From a virus, in IMG/VR virus record IMGVR_UViG_3300005676_000020, positions 64,001 to 128,000 of that record: DNA of 64,000 nucleotides; one strand, written 5' to 3'. Positions 40,760 through 52,100 of the stretch are shown here, in pieces (position 1 is the stretch's first letter; each line of letters starts with the position of its first letter). The notes beneath the pieces are model-generated. The model ran no database searches. It was not told where the DNA came from and saw nothing but the letters and a program-made list of their open reading frames with translations. The translations under genes were made by a program, and so were the position numbers.

Positions 40760-41213
40760 TCAACAAATAATCGCAAAATACGGTAAACCTGGCGACGAAG
40801 ACAACTTTGTAGTCATTCCTTTACCCTATCCTATGGTTCTGGCCTATCCCCCGTATTCTACAGTTACGAAGATGCGCTGTCATAAACTACTTGCGCCTAC
40901 ATTTACAGCTGTCTTCAACGAAATACTGGCAGCATACGGTCTGGAGAAGATTAAAGAACTGGACATAGACAAGTTCGCCGGCTGCGTAGCTGTAAGGCTG
41001 CAGCGCGGATCAAAGAACAAATGGAGCCGTCACTCCTGGGGTATCGCCATCGACCTGAGCCCGGCTAAGAACGGTCTGAAGACTAAATGGCCACAATCTC
41101 AGTTTGCAAAGCCGGAATATGCAAAGCTGCATCAGATATTCGAAAAATATGACTTCATCAACTACGGCAAGGTCCGGGGATTCGACGCTATGCACTTCGA
41201 AATCAACAAGTAA
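40749..41213 (+). CDS. Endolysin, M15 family peptidase
   Basis: R...SRHSWGIAID...DAMHFE Zn-binding motifs. Confidence 0.85.
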   Translation: MLTDQQIIAKYGKPGDEDNFVVIPLPYPMVLAYPPYSTVTKMRCHKLLAPTFTAVFNEILAAYGLEKIKELDIDKFAGCVAVRLQRGSKNKWSRHSWGIAIDLSPAKNGLKTKWPQSQFAKPEYAKLHQIFEKYDFINYGKVRGFDAMHFEINK

Positions 41214-41267
41214 ACCCCCCATATATGAAAAAGAAAGGTAAAAAGGGCGGCTGCAAATAAGCTGCCG

Positions 41268-41292
41268 GGTCCGGGAAACCGGACCTTTTTTT
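41268..41292 (+). terminator. Intrinsic terminator
   Basis: GGTCCGG-GAAA-CCGGACC followed by T7. Confidence 0.8.
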
Positions 41293-41304
41293 GTATATTG
41301 TAAT

Positions 41305-42340
41305 ATGAAATATACCGAACGATTCTTTAAGTTTCCGATAAGGCTATACCTGACAAAGGATGTCCAGGAAAGATATGAGCTGGAAGAAAAGCTCAATATC
41401 GAACTGAGCAGTGACGATGACGACCTTGACTATGTCATAGGTTGGGAACATGTTGACCCAGACGAGATATTTGGATACGGCTCAGTGTTTTCAAGGAATC
41501 TCACTCTTGAAGAGGTAAAAGAAAAGGGGTTTGACTGCACGATAGTCTACCTGAGAAATGGCAAGGAGATAGCCAGTTCGTGGTCTCCAAAGAAGTTTGC
41601 TGAGAAACTTGACTCCTTCTACGAACAATACGAAGACTTCCGCCGCAAGGAAATGCAGGACCGGATAGAAGAGATGGTCGACCCGCCAAAAAGGAAGAAT
41701 TTCTTCCAGCGCCTGTTCAACTTATAACTCTTTAATAGTTAATATTAAATTTGGAAATCTTTAAAGTTTGTCATAGATTATACTATGGCAGACGTAAAAA
41801 ACAATATAAAAAAGTTACAGCCCGAAGACCGGGCTAAGCTTGTAAAGAACCTTGAGCAAAACCTCGAATTACTGAATCTTCAGGCGATGGTCGCCGAGTC
41901 CCGGGCCCGTATCAAGAAGGCTAACCTGGAAGAGATCATCTACGCGGTGAAGATAGAGGAATTGAAGAACCCTCCAAAACCCCAAACTGATGGAAAAAGT
42001 TAAACTTGTCCAGCAACGGGTGAGGTTTTCTTCTTTAGATCAGATAGTAAAGCTCCAGTTCATCATCTACTGTTATATAAAGAACATACATCTCACGCCG
42101 GGCGACTATAATCTGCTCACGCACATCGCCATGTACGGCTACGACCGTAAAGGGACACCCGAAGAACTGGTAAAACAGAAGAAATTCTTGCATAAACAGT
42201 CAGTTCGCAACAGTCGGAACAAGCTTTTAAAGCAAGGATTGCTGGTTTTAGTCGATAAAAACCGGTGTACTATCGATCCTGCGCTAAAAATAGAGAGTTT
42301 TGGGCCGATTATGATTGATTTTAAAGCTATTTCTTCATGA
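41305..42340 (+). CDS. Three hypothetical proteins (41305-41727, 41785-42003, 41990-42340; the last possibly wHTH)
   Basis: ORFs preceding the IHF-like gene. Confidence 0.55.
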
Positions 42341-42747
42341 AAGTGCTAAAAAAGGCGGATTTATTGCCAGAAGTAGCCAAGGAACTCGGAATAGATCCGA
42401 AAATTGTCGAGTTAATCGTCAATGCATACTGGAAAGAGGTCATAACGGCGGTCAGAGAGCTTAGACACCTCAATATTTTCATAGCGGAGATAGGTGATCT
42501 GCGAATAGCCAGGACAAAATTGGACGGTGTCGAGTCCCGGATGGAAGAATATCTTAAAAAACATCCTCCGGAAAGCCCTCAGCACCAGACAGTGGCCAAA
42601 AAACTTGAAGGTATACGGCGTCTAAAGCTGATTAGGCAGACAGAGTACGACAAAAGGGAAGATGTACGTGAAAAACGAAAAGAGTATGAAAAAACTTCAA
42701 AAAATATGGGCGAAGAAGTGGAAGATCCTGGAAGGGGTCTGGTATAA
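42337..42747 (+). CDS. IHF/HU-like DNA-binding protein
   Basis: KADLLPEVAKELGI...IVNAYW...NIFIAEIGDLRI; position typical of the crAss packaging module. Confidence 0.65.
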   Translation: MKVLKKADLLPEVAKELGIDPKIVELIVNAYWKEVITAVRELRHLNIFIAEIGDLRIARTKLDGVESRMEEYLKKHPPESPQHQTVAKKLEGIRRLKLIRQTEYDKREDVREKRKEYEKTSKNMGEEVEDPGRGLV

Positions 42748-43033
42748 CCACATCGTCTTCACCTTTAATAAGAAGCATTGGGCTTTTAAAAAAGTTGATG
42801 AGCGCCGTCAGATATGTGCAGGTTGCCCTTTTCTTGACGCGGACGGAAGTTCAGAGAATACTGTTATAAAAGGGAAACCCGCCTGCGGTATCTGCGGATG
42901 TAATATTAAAGAGTTGACAGCTTGCCTGTCCTGTAACTGTTCGGCTGACCAGCCTTATTGGACGGCTATCAACATAAAAGATGACTATAAGATAGAAGCG
43001 GCTATCGACATAAAAGATAAGCAAAATGGTTAA
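42686..43033 (+). CDS. Cys-rich Zn-finger protein
   Basis: RRQICAGCP...CGICGC...CLSCNC. Confidence 0.6.
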   Translation: MKKLQKIWAKKWKILEGVWYNHIVFTFNKKHWAFKKVDERRQICAGCPFLDADGSSENTVIKGKPACGICGCNIKELTACLSCNCSADQPYWTAINIKDDYKIEAAIDIKDKQNG

Positions 43034-43769
43034 GTTCATAGAAGATACACATCAATACCTTTCTCTGGAGGACCAGAGCCCCTGGGTATCTGTTACTCAG
43101 CTCATACACAAGTATGAACCTAAGAAGAACTGGGACCAGATAGCGGCCAGGTATGCAAAGAAGCATAACCTGAACGTTGCCGATGTAAAAGCTAAATGGC
43201 GCCGGGAAAATGAAATCTCCGTGGAAAGAGGTGTTAAGTTCCATAAACAGCGCGAACAGGACCTTCTGTCCTGTGAGACTATTGACGAGACCGGCACCGC
43301 TCTTAAAATATTCAGGCCGATAATCGACGAGAAAGGTGACAAAATAGCACCTTCCCAGAAGCTGGAAGACGGTATCTACCCAGAACTGCTGGTCTTATTG
43401 AACTCTGCCAGAATCTGTGGTCAGGCTGACTACGTGTGGATACACGATAACAAGGTGAATATACGCGACTACAAGACCAATAAAGAGATAAAGAAGAACG
43501 CTTTTGTCAACTGGGAAGGTATCGAAGAGAAGATGGTAGACCCTATAGGGTCAATACCTAACTGTAACTATTGGCACTATGCCCTGCAGCTTAATATTTA
43601 CGCGTATATTATCCGTAAAAACAACCCTCGGCTGAAGCTTGGTGACCTGGAACTTCTGCATGTAAAGTTTGACGAGAACGAAGAAGTTTGCGGAATGGAC
43701 AAGTACCTGCTCCCGGACCTGCAGAGCGAAGTATTCAAACTGATTACTCATTATAAAAACGCAAGATAA
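43026..43769 (+). CDS. PD-(D/E)XK (Cas4-like) nuclease
   Basis: SVTQLI, RG..FH, ICGQAD, RDYKTNK and YALQLNIY. Confidence 0.85.
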   Translation: MVKFIEDTHQYLSLEDQSPWVSVTQLIHKYEPKKNWDQIAARYAKKHNLNVADVKAKWRRENEISVERGVKFHKQREQDLLSCETIDETGTALKIFRPIIDEKGDKIAPSQKLEDGIYPELLVLLNSARICGQADYVWIHDNKVNIRDYKTNKEIKKNAFVNWEGIEEKMVDPIGSIPNCNYWHYALQLNIYAYIIRKNNPRLKLGDLELLHVKFDENEEVCGMDKYLLPDLQSEVFKLITHYKNAR

Positions 43770-44204
43770 TGGACATTTTGTACAATCGAATCTTCTGGTG
43801 TGAGATGGTAGACCCCAATGATCCCGATAACCGGTTCAGAATATTTGGTGACCGCGAAGGTGACAAGATTTATGTAGAGAAGAACAACAACATAATAGAA
43901 CTAGATAAGGTGCAACAGGCTCAGCTGGCATCTTTTATCATTCAAAAAATAACAAATGACCTTAAGGAACAATCAAAAATCGCAAGAGATGTTAAAACAA
44001 ACCTACAATGACGACGAATTCCGGGTAAAGACCACAGAACTGGGCTTTACAATGACCCTGACGTTTGACCGCTGGGGTGGAATGCGCATTACAAAACAGA
44101 ATGTAAGTGACTACGGAACGAAAAAATACCAGGAAATATACCTGCCACGCGACGCTATGTTCGACCTGGCCAATAAAATAATCAAAAACGAGTGTGGAAA
44201 ATGA
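43769..44204 (+). CDS. Two hypothetical proteins
   Basis: Coupled ORFs. Confidence 0.5.
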
Positions 44205-44716
44205 TCCCTCAAATTTTTGACATACAGAACGGGCAGCTCATCATAAACGAACACGTTCTGGCAATACCAGAACTTAAAGCTGTCTACGAAGCCTACGAAG
44301 ACCCTAAACCGGCTCTGTTATTCCTTCGTCATCTATGTGACCCATATGGTCCATATAACCAGATAGAAGAAGAGATTAAAGAAGAAGCTATCTTCAACGA
44401 CTTCCCTGGAGACTATTCGCCGGAAGATGAGGTGATGATGGCCGCCAGAAAGAAGCTGGAAACCTTTTACATGTCAGAAACCTACAAGTTCTACCTTGAC
44501 AACAAGGTTCTTCTGGAGACGCTTGGTCGATTTGCCAGAAGTGCCCAGGTTCAGCAAGGTCGGGATGGTAACTATACACAGATACTTTCACAGCTAAGTA
44601 ATGTAGGTAAGATGATGGCTTCATTCGAATCGTTGAAAGAACAGGCTAAGAAGGAGCTTGAGCGGTCCCGGGTTCGGGGAGGAGCTTTCCAGGCCTATGA
44701 TCAAAATGAAGAATAA
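44201..44716 (+). CDS. Conserved crAss-like protein upstream of TerL (candidate small terminase)
   Basis: Helical protein with GRDGN and a C-terminal RVRGG...AYDQ, abutting terL. Confidence 0.5.
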   Translation: MIPQIFDIQNGQLIINEHVLAIPELKAVYEAYEDPKPALLFLRHLCDPYGPYNQIEEEIKEEAIFNDFPGDYSPEDEVMMAARKKLETFYMSETYKFYLDNKVLLETLGRFARSAQVQQGRDGNYTQILSQLSNVGKMMASFESLKEQAKKELERSRVRGGAFQAYDQNEE

Positions 44717-47700
44717 TGGTCTATAAGTTCCCAATATCAATCCCTACCTATTCTTCTGAAACTGACAGTTGGTCGTATACTACATTTGACACCTTAGCAG
44801 AGTTTCGTGAGTTTGCCGATAAGCTTTTTAAGGAACCTGGTAAGTACCGGTTCAATGAAACGTCAAGGATGTTTAACGAACAGGCAAGACTGTTCAGACA
44901 GAACAAAACTTACTGTTCGGCGCCATTTAAAAGCAAGGACTTTATAAAATACTGGGATCACGAAAAGGAAAAGTGTACGAAAGGCGCTATTTATACTGAC
45001 GGCAGAAGGACTTGGTATCTGACCAGGGACTATTATATGTGGCTGAACTTTCTGCCTATCTACGATAAGGAGGAAGGTTCTTTTGGCTTTGCAAAAATAC
45101 GTGACGCACAGTATCATATGGCCCTCTACGAACTGAGGGCCGAGTTGCATTTTAAACACTGCCCTATCTTAAAGAAAAGGCAGATTGCCAGTTCCTATTT
45201 TCACATGGCCAAATTACTGAATGCTTTCTGGTTTGAGAACGGAGCTGTCCTTAAAATGGGTGCTTCCCGTGAAGACTATATAAACCTGAAAGGTTCATGG
45301 AGATTTCTTACTGAATACCGTGACTTTCTTAATAAGTATACTGCCTGGTACCGGGCTTGTACTCCCGACAAGGTGCTAAACTGGCAACAGAGGATAGAGG
45401 TGACAACACCGGATGGTCGTAAGGCCTACCAGGGTAATAAGTCACTATTTACCGGAACCTCTTTTGAAAAAGACCCTTCCGCTGGGGTGGGAGGTCCATG
45501 TCTGTTGAAAGGATCTCTTGTTATTATGTCAGACGGGTCTTACAAACCTGTGGAAGACATAAAGATTGGAGATTTCGTATGTGGAGCAGACGGTTTGCCC
45601 AAAAGAGTTCATAAACTGTATAGTGGCGAATCACTAATGTACAAAGTTGAGCAAACCCGAGGTATGACTTACTACACTACAGGGAATCATATATTGTATT
45701 TATGGGATTCATACAACAACTCTTACAAAAAGATAAAAACCAAAGATTTTAATCTCTTATCAAAGAACCAAAAAGAGGTTATCCTAAAAGGTAAAAAATT
45801 TAAAGGTCTTGAAGGTTTTGAAAAAAATCTACCGGTAGATCCTTATTACCTGGGTTTGTATTTAGGGGACGGTTGTAAATACGATTTTACGATATTGGTG
45901 AATAGGACAAAAGATGTAGAAGTTTGGGATTATATTCACAAATTGTCCTCAAGAGAAGGTCATACCTTGAAACTTAAAAACAAAAATTTATATAGAAACG
46001 ATTACAACGATGATATGTGGGAGCTAAGCCTTGGTGTAGGTAAGGTCAGGAGACCTGATGTTTTGAAGACAAGTTATGTGTCAAAATTGAGAAAATTAGG
46101 ATTATCAAATAAGCACATTCCACCGGAATACTTTTCTAGCTCTAGGTCGCAACGTCTCCAGCTTTTGGCCGGGATTCTCGATACTGATGGTTACTGGAAC
46201 TCTAAAAAATATAGATACGAAATCTCTATAAAGGACGATAGGTTGGCGTCAGATATCACAAGACTGTGTGTTCAATTAGGATTAAATACACAAGTGTGCA
46301 AGATTACCAATAACGGTGAGAAATCTACAGTTTATAATAAACCCCATTTCACCAATAGAATACATATCACAGGACCGGTTTTGAACATTCCTTGCAAGAT
46401 AAACCGGAAAAAACCTACAAAAGAATCTCCAATAGCGTGTAGGAACACCAGTACTTTGACAGTCTCTGAGGATGAGATAAAAGAGTATTATGGTTTTGAA
46501 TGTGAAGATAATCTGTTTGTTCTTGAAGACGGGACTATTACTCATAATTGTACCTATTTCTTTCATGAAGAAGGTGGTATTGCGCCAAAAGCAGATAAGA
46601 CATTCTTCTTTATGAAGCCGGCAATGCAATCCGGTATGATAACGACAGGTGTGTTCATCATAGCAGGTTCTGTGGGTGAACTTGATAAATGTGAACCACT
46701 TAAAGAGATGATAATGCGTCCAGGTTCTGACTTTATGTCAGTTACCCATAATATGATGGACGAGAACTGGACAGAAGGGACGACAGGACTGTTTATACCG
46801 GAACAGTGGAGTATGCCACCGTATATTGACGAGTTCGGCAACTCGCTCGTAGAAGAAGCTCTTCAGGCAATATTTGAACAGAGAAAGATATGGAAGAAAG
46901 AATATAGCCCTGAGAAGTATCAGTATGAGGTGTCCCAGCACCCGATAAACATTAAAGAAGCGTTTGACTTCCGGACAGAGTCTGTATTTCCTATTCACCT
47001 GGTTCAAAAACAAATAGCGGCAATAGATAACAAGGAAATCTTTCTTGAATACCTTGACATCTACCGTGACGAGCACGGTATGCCGAAGTTCAAGGAAAGT
47101 CGCAGACAACCTCTGTCGTTTCCTGTAGATAAGAAACTTGAAGATAAAAGAGGTTGTATTATAGTTCATGAAAGACCGCCTGAAAATCCTGAGTGGGGTC
47201 TTTTCTATGCTTCTATTGACCCGGTAGGAGAAGGAAAAACAACTACCAGCGAATCTCTTTTCTGCATACAAATATACAAAGCTCCATTACAGAAGACGGT
47301 AGTTTCTTCAGAAGGTACAAAGTCTATCATAGAAGGAGATAAGTTAGTAGCCAGCTGGACAGGAAGGTTCGATGATATCAACGACACCCATGAAACAGCG
47401 CTGCTTTTATTAGAAATATACAACGCCTGGGCACTGGTCGAATCGAACGTATCTCTGTTTATCCAGTATATGATTCTGAAAAACAAGCAGAAATACCTTG
47501 TGCCAAGAGACAGGATTGTCTTCTTACAGGAGATGAAGTCTAATCAAACGGTATACAGCCCGTATGGCTGGAAGAATACCGGAACCATATTTACAAACCA
47601 CCTGCTTTCTTATTCTGTAGAATTCTGTAAAGAAGTCATAAACCAGGACTTCCTGCCAGACGGTTCAGCTATAAAAACCTACTACGGCGTAGAAAGGATT

Positions 47701-47943
47701 CATGACAGGTGGCTACTGGAAGAAATGTTGAAATATAGAGAAGGGGTGAACGTTGACCGGCTTGTAGCCTTCTCTGCCCTAGTGGCATTCAGGACACTGC
47801 TCCTGGCAAACCAGGGTTATAAGAAGACCATTGAATATAAGGAAAATTTCAAAGAGTCCAAAAAAATGTATAACTTATCTACGTCCCCGTTCACTAATGT
47901 AGGTAAGCGCCGGGCTCGTAACCCCTTTAAAAACATCAGATAA
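44716..47943 (+). CDS. terL: Terminase large subunit with intein
   Basis: KKRQIASS Walker A-like motif, YFFHEEGG Walker B, and nuclease motifs SIDPV, LVESN and NVDR. Confidence 0.9.
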   Translation: MVYKFPISIPTYSSETDSWSYTTFDTLAEFREFADKLFKEPGKYRFNETSRMFNEQARLFRQNKTYCSAPFKSKDFIKYWDHEKEKCTKGAIYTDGRRTWYLTRDYYMWLNFLPIYDKEEGSFGFAKIRDAQYHMALYELRAELHFKHCPILKKRQIASSYFHMAKLLNAFWFENGAVLKMGASREDYINLKGSWRFLTEYRDFLNKYTAWYRACTPDKVLNWQQRIEVTTPDGRKAYQGNKSLFTGTSFEKDPSAGVGGPCLLKGSLVIMSDGSYKPVEDIKIGDFVCGADGLPKRVHKLYSGESLMYKVEQTRGMTYYTTGNHILYLWDSYNNSYKKIKTKDFNLLSKNQKEVILKGKKFKGLEGFEKNLPVDPYYLGLYLGDGCKYDFTILVNRTKDVEVWDYIHKLSSREGHTLKLKNKNLYRNDYNDDMWELSLGVGKVRRPDVLKTSYVSKLRKLGLSNKHIPPEYFSSSRSQRLQLLAGILDTDGYWNSKKYRYEISIKDDRLASDITRLCVQLGLNTQVCKITNNGEKSTVYNKPHFTNRIHITGPVLNIPCKINRKKPTKESPIACRNTSTLTVSEDEIKEYYGFECEDNLFVLEDGTITHNCTYFFHEEGGIAPKADKTFFFMKPAMQSGMITTGVFIIAGSVGELDKCEPLKEMIMRPGSDFMSVTHNMMDENWTEGTTGLFIPEQWSMPPYIDEFGNSLVEEALQAIFEQRKIWKKEYSPEKYQYEVSQHPINIKEAFDFRTESVFPIHLVQKQIAAIDNKEIFLEYLDIYRDEHGMPKFKESRRQPLSFPVDKKLEDKRGCIIVHERPPENPEWGLFYASIDPVGEGKTTTSESLFCIQIYKAPLQKTVVSSEGTKSIIEGDKLVASWTGRFDDINDTHETALLLLEIYNAWALVESNVSLFIQYMILKNKQKYLVPRDRIVFLQEMKSNQTVYSPYGWKNTGTIFTNHLLSYSVEFCKEVINQDFLPDGSAIKTYYGVERIHDRWLLEEMLKYREGVNVDRLVAFSALVAFRTLLLANQGYKKTIEYKENFKESKKMYNLSTSPFTNVGKRRARNPFKNIR
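45499..46548 (+). mobile_element. Intein with LAGLIDADG homing endonuclease (350 aa)
   Basis: GP|CLLKGS...ITHN|C splice junctions; YLGLYLGDG and LLAGILDTDG blocks. Confidence 0.92.
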
Positions 47944-50726
47944 TGCAATTAGTATCAGCCTTTCAGCTAATGCAAGGTTTTAAAATGGACCAGAGGTTCT
48001 CCTGGGGTTCTCCAACAACTGCCCTTGTGCAACCTTTGCAAATGCTTCCTTATGACAAGAAAACCGACGAATGGCGAGCCTGGAACATGGACTGGTTGGA
48101 ACTTAGGGGTCTTGAGCAGATTCGGATGAAGTATAAGTCGTTGACTAAGAACTACAACCTGGCCAACGGCATCATTGACAAGACTGACTATATTATCGAG
48201 GAAGATAACGAAAATAAAGACCTTATTGACGCCCTTACCCGGGATTCTGACCCGGCTGGCATGACTGAGCTGCAGTTCTTCCCTATTATCCCCAATGTAG
48301 TAGACCTGCTTGTAGGAGAGTTCATGAAAAGAAATAACCGCGTAATCCCCTATGCGGTAGACGAACTCAGTCAAAACGAGAAACTTACCAAGAAGAAAGA
48401 ACTGGTTGAACAAGTACTGATACAGCAAGCTCAGGTAGAGGTTATGCAAAACCTCATAGAAATGGGTGTAGAACTTGACAGTGAGGAGGCGATGCAACAA
48501 CTGGCACCGGAAAGTATCAAAACACTGCCGGATGTAGAGAGGTTCATGAGAAAGAGCTATCGTTCTACCATAGAGCAATGGGCATCCCACCAAATCAATG
48601 CAGACCGTCTCCGGTTCCGTATGGATGAGCTTGAAGCTAGAGGTTTCAGGGATTCTTTGATTACAGACCAGGAATTCTGGGAAATAGTCCTTCTGGAAGA
48701 TGACTATATGCCGAGATTGCTGGACCCAAGGACGGTGTTCGTCCATAAGTCTCCTGGTAAGAGATATGTATCCGAAGGAAACTTTGCCGGCTACATCGAA
48801 CTGATGACTCTGGCCGATGTAATAGATATCCATGGATGGAAGATGAGCGAGCAGGAAATACGTTCTTTGGAAAGTATATACCCTTCTACCAACTCCAACT
48901 TCCTTTTGAACCAACCTAATGACGGTTCTTACTACGATCCTACCAAGAGCTACGAAGAGAACGTAAAAACTGGCTCACTGCAGTTCAAGCAGCTGATGGC
49001 TTTTGAAGATGCATTCGGTCCAAAGAGAGGTTCAACTACCTTATTTGATTTCTTGCTTGAGGGCGAAAACAATACTCTTGCCAATCGTGACCTGTTCAGG
49101 GTCACTACTGCTTATTGGAAGAGTCAGAAAAGAGTAGGTCACCTTACCAAGATTGACGAGACCGGTGAACTGATACAATCGATTGTATCTGAAGACTTTG
49201 AAGTTACTGAAAAACCCTTATACGATAATACCTTCTTTAAAGAAAAGACCAAAGACACCCTGGTATTCGGAGAGCATATCGACTGGATATGGATAAACGA
49301 AACCTGGGGTGGCATAAAAATCGGAAGGAATTCTCCAACGTCCCTGGTTCAGGGAACAAGAACCGACCCAGATCCAATCTATCTGGGAATAGGTGACAAG
49401 AAAAGACCTGACAGACTACCATTCCAGTTCAAAAGCGGCAGGTCCCTGTATGGAGCGCCTTTACCAATAGAAGGGGTTATCTCTTCTGACCGGAGTTCAA
49501 TGTCTATGCCCATGGTAAGCCGGATGAAACCTTTCCAGGTCAGCTTCAACATGGTCAACAACCAGATATCTGATATCTTGATTGATGAACTGGGTACGGT
49601 AATCGTAATAGACCAGAACATGCTGCCGCAGCATTCACTGGGAGAAAGTTGGGGTAAGAATAACCTGGCCAAGGCATATGTGGCCATGAAGAACTTCCAG
49701 ATATTGCCTCTTGACACATCGCTTACAAATACCGAGGCCCCTACTCACTTTAACAATCTTACAAAGCTGGACGCCTCTCAGACAGAGAGACTTCTTGGAA
49801 AAGTCCAGTTGGCGGAATACTTTAAGAACCAGGCACTGGCTACTATTGGTATTACCGTAGAAAGAATGGGTACGGTAAACTCTCAGCAGACAGCTACCGG
49901 TACTCAAACGGCCGTCAACAACTCATATGCTCAAACTGAAAAGTATTTTACACAACACTCTGATTATCTGATGCCTAGAGTATGGGAACTCATGTTAAGT
50001 GCCTCCCAGTACTATAGTTCTACAGGTAAACAGTCCATAACCTTGTCATATCGTAACGAACGTGACGAGGAAGTTATCTGGGAACTTCCAGATACGGCCG
50101 ATATCTTCCCTAGAGATATTGATGTCCATTGCACAACAAGCTTTGAACGTAAGGAACTTAAAAGGAAACTCGAGCAATTGGCTATTGAAAACAATACTAC
50201 CGGCGCCTCTATCTACGACCTTGGCAGAATCTTCACTTTAGACACTCCTACAGAGATACTCGAAGCTCTCCAGGAAAGCGAAATGAAGATGTTAAAGCAA
50301 AAAGAACAAGACGCTAAGTATCAACAAGAGCTTCAGGAACAAATGCTTGCTGCTCAGGCTGAAAAAGATATGCGCGATAAGGCTTTTGAAGCTGAAGAGA
50401 ATGAAAAAGACCGTCGTGCCAAGATACTCAGCGACCAGATACGTGCTGCAGGATACCCTGATACCAGCGACAATGGTCAGGATGAGTACCTGAGCCGGCT
50501 CGAAATGATTCAAAGTCAGCGGGAATACCAGGATACCATGGACCTGAAGAGGGAACAGGAGTCTCAGAAGACTGAATTGGCCAGAGAACAGATGAATCTG
50601 AAGCGGGAGGAACTCCTGACAAAGAAAGAAATCTCTGATAACCAGCTGAGAATAGCCCGGGAAAACCAGACTAAGGCTGAAATCGAAAAGAGAAAGAAGG
50701 CAAAGGAAGCGAAAAAAAAGAAATAA
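47943..50726 (+). CDS. Portal protein
   Basis: 927 aa after terL; FFPIIPNVVDLLVGE motif and a long C-terminal coiled coil, as in crAss-like portals. Confidence 0.85.
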   Translation: MQLVSAFQLMQGFKMDQRFSWGSPTTALVQPLQMLPYDKKTDEWRAWNMDWLELRGLEQIRMKYKSLTKNYNLANGIIDKTDYIIEEDNENKDLIDALTRDSDPAGMTELQFFPIIPNVVDLLVGEFMKRNNRVIPYAVDELSQNEKLTKKKELVEQVLIQQAQVEVMQNLIEMGVELDSEEAMQQLAPESIKTLPDVERFMRKSYRSTIEQWASHQINADRLRFRMDELEARGFRDSLITDQEFWEIVLLEDDYMPRLLDPRTVFVHKSPGKRYVSEGNFAGYIELMTLADVIDIHGWKMSEQEIRSLESIYPSTNSNFLLNQPNDGSYYDPTKSYEENVKTGSLQFKQLMAFEDAFGPKRGSTTLFDFLLEGENNTLANRDLFRVTTAYWKSQKRVGHLTKIDETGELIQSIVSEDFEVTEKPLYDNTFFKEKTKDTLVFGEHIDWIWINETWGGIKIGRNSPTSLVQGTRTDPDPIYLGIGDKKRPDRLPFQFKSGRSLYGAPLPIEGVISSDRSSMSMPMVSRMKPFQVSFNMVNNQISDILIDELGTVIVIDQNMLPQHSLGESWGKNNLAKAYVAMKNFQILPLDTSLTNTEAPTHFNNLTKLDASQTERLLGKVQLAEYFKNQALATIGITVERMGTVNSQQTATGTQTAVNNSYAQTEKYFTQHSDYLMPRVWELMLSASQYYSSTGKQSITLSYRNERDEEVIWELPDTADIFPRDIDVHCTTSFERKELKRKLEQLAIENNTTGASIYDLGRIFTLDTPTEILEALQESEMKMLKQKEQDAKYQQELQEQMLAAQAEKDMRDKAFEAEENEKDRRAKILSDQIRAAGYPDTSDNGQDEYLSRLEMIQSQREYQDTMDLKREQESQKTELAREQMNLKREELLTKKEISDNQLRIARENQTKAEIEKRKKAKEAKKKK

Positions 50727-50814
50727 AAGAAATGTAGAGGTGGCATTTTAGCCATATACTACAGAAAAATTATATAGAGTAAATTGAAAATGTTGTTTTT
50801 CAACAACTTAGTCC

Positions 50815-50827
50815 TATATTATTAATG
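50815..50827 (+). promoter_or_regulatory. Late promoter-like motif TATATTATTAATG (identical at 55685-55697; variants at 57545, 41294, 41774)
   Basis: Recurs only in intergenic gaps before structural-module genes. Confidence 0.55.
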
Positions 50828-50847
50828 AAGAATAAAATCAAACCATT

Positions 50848-52083
50848 ATGTCAGAAAATACTATGTCTACAGCTGTCAAAGAAGTAACCTTTGACGCGGT
50901 TATCGCAGAGTTCGAAAAGACTGACGATCAACCAACAATAACACCAAAGTTCGTACCTAAAGAGGACGAAAACCATCAAATTCTTAATCAACCTGTAAAA
51001 AAGGAAGAAGAGAAGAAGGAGGTGGAAGAAGTTGACCCTAAAAAAACAGTGGTCGAAAAGAAGGAAGAAGTCAAAGATGTTACATCGGTCTTAGATAAGA
51101 CCGGTGAAGAAGAGGAAGAAGAGGACGACAAAAAGGATAATACGCCAGCTAACATGGCTTCTATCCTGGAAGATCTTACAAAAGAAGACATCATATTTCC
51201 ATTTGCTGAGGACAAACCTTTGTCAGAGTATAGTGTGGAGGATGTCAAAGAGTTGCTCAAAGCTAATATCGAATATCATAAGAAGGAGGCTTTGAACACA
51301 GAAATAAACGAGTTCTTTGAATCGTTGCCGACTGAAATCCAATATGCTGCAAAGTATGTGGCAGATGGTGGAACAGACTTGAAAGGTTTGTTCAAGGCCC
51401 TGGCTGCGACTGAAGAGATCAGAACCTTGGACGTAAAACAAGTAAAGGACCGAGAGTCAATCATCCGGGAATACTACCGGGCCATTGACTGGGGTACTGA
51501 ATCTGAAATCGAAGAAGAAGTAGAAAGGGTTAAAGAGTTGGGAGAGAGTGAGTTAGAGAAACTTGCTAATAAGTACAAGCCGAAGTTGGAAAAGATGCAC
51601 GAAGAAGTGATAAAACAACAACTTGACCGGCAGTCTAAAGCAAGGCAAAGGCAAGAGCAGGAAATGAACGATTACCTGGAAAATGCCAACGACACCATAA
51701 TCTCCGGCAAACTCGGTGATATTCAGCTGGATAAAAAGACCCAGGCTGCATTATGGGCAGGGTTAACTCAGCCGAACTATCAGACAAGGCGTGGCGCGGC
51801 AACGAACGAACTTGGTCACTTGCTTGAAAAATACCAGTATACAGAACCCAATTTTGAGCTGGTTTACAAAGCATTATGGCTTCTGAGAGATGAGAAAGGC
51901 TTCGAAGAGGCAATGGCCAAGAAACTAAAAAATGAGGTAGTATCCCAGACCGTCCGTGTTCTAAAAACCGAACAGGGCAAGAAGGCAGCTACCGGCGAAT
52001 CAGAAAAAGAAAAAGCTCCGGCAAAGAAACAAAAAGTGATTCCAAGACAGACGCCGTCTTTTCTTTCTGGACTAAAAGGTTAA
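50848..52083 (+). CDS. Acidic scaffold-like protein
   Basis: Acidic, helical protein between portal and MCP. Confidence 0.65.
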   Translation: MSENTMSTAVKEVTFDAVIAEFEKTDDQPTITPKFVPKEDENHQILNQPVKKEEEKKEVEEVDPKKTVVEKKEEVKDVTSVLDKTGEEEEEEDDKKDNTPANMASILEDLTKEDIIFPFAEDKPLSEYSVEDVKELLKANIEYHKKEALNTEINEFFESLPTEIQYAAKYVADGGTDLKGLFKALAATEEIRTLDVKQVKDRESIIREYYRAIDWGTESEIEEEVERVKELGESELEKLANKYKPKLEKMHEEVIKQQLDRQSKARQRQEQEMNDYLENANDTIISGKLGDIQLDKKTQAALWAGLTQPNYQTRRGAATNELGHLLEKYQYTEPNFELVYKALWLLRDEKGFEEAMAKKLKNEVVSQTVRVLKTEQGKKAATGESEKEKAPAKKQKVIPRQTPSFLSGLKG

Positions 52084-52100
52084 ATTAAAACAACAATAAA

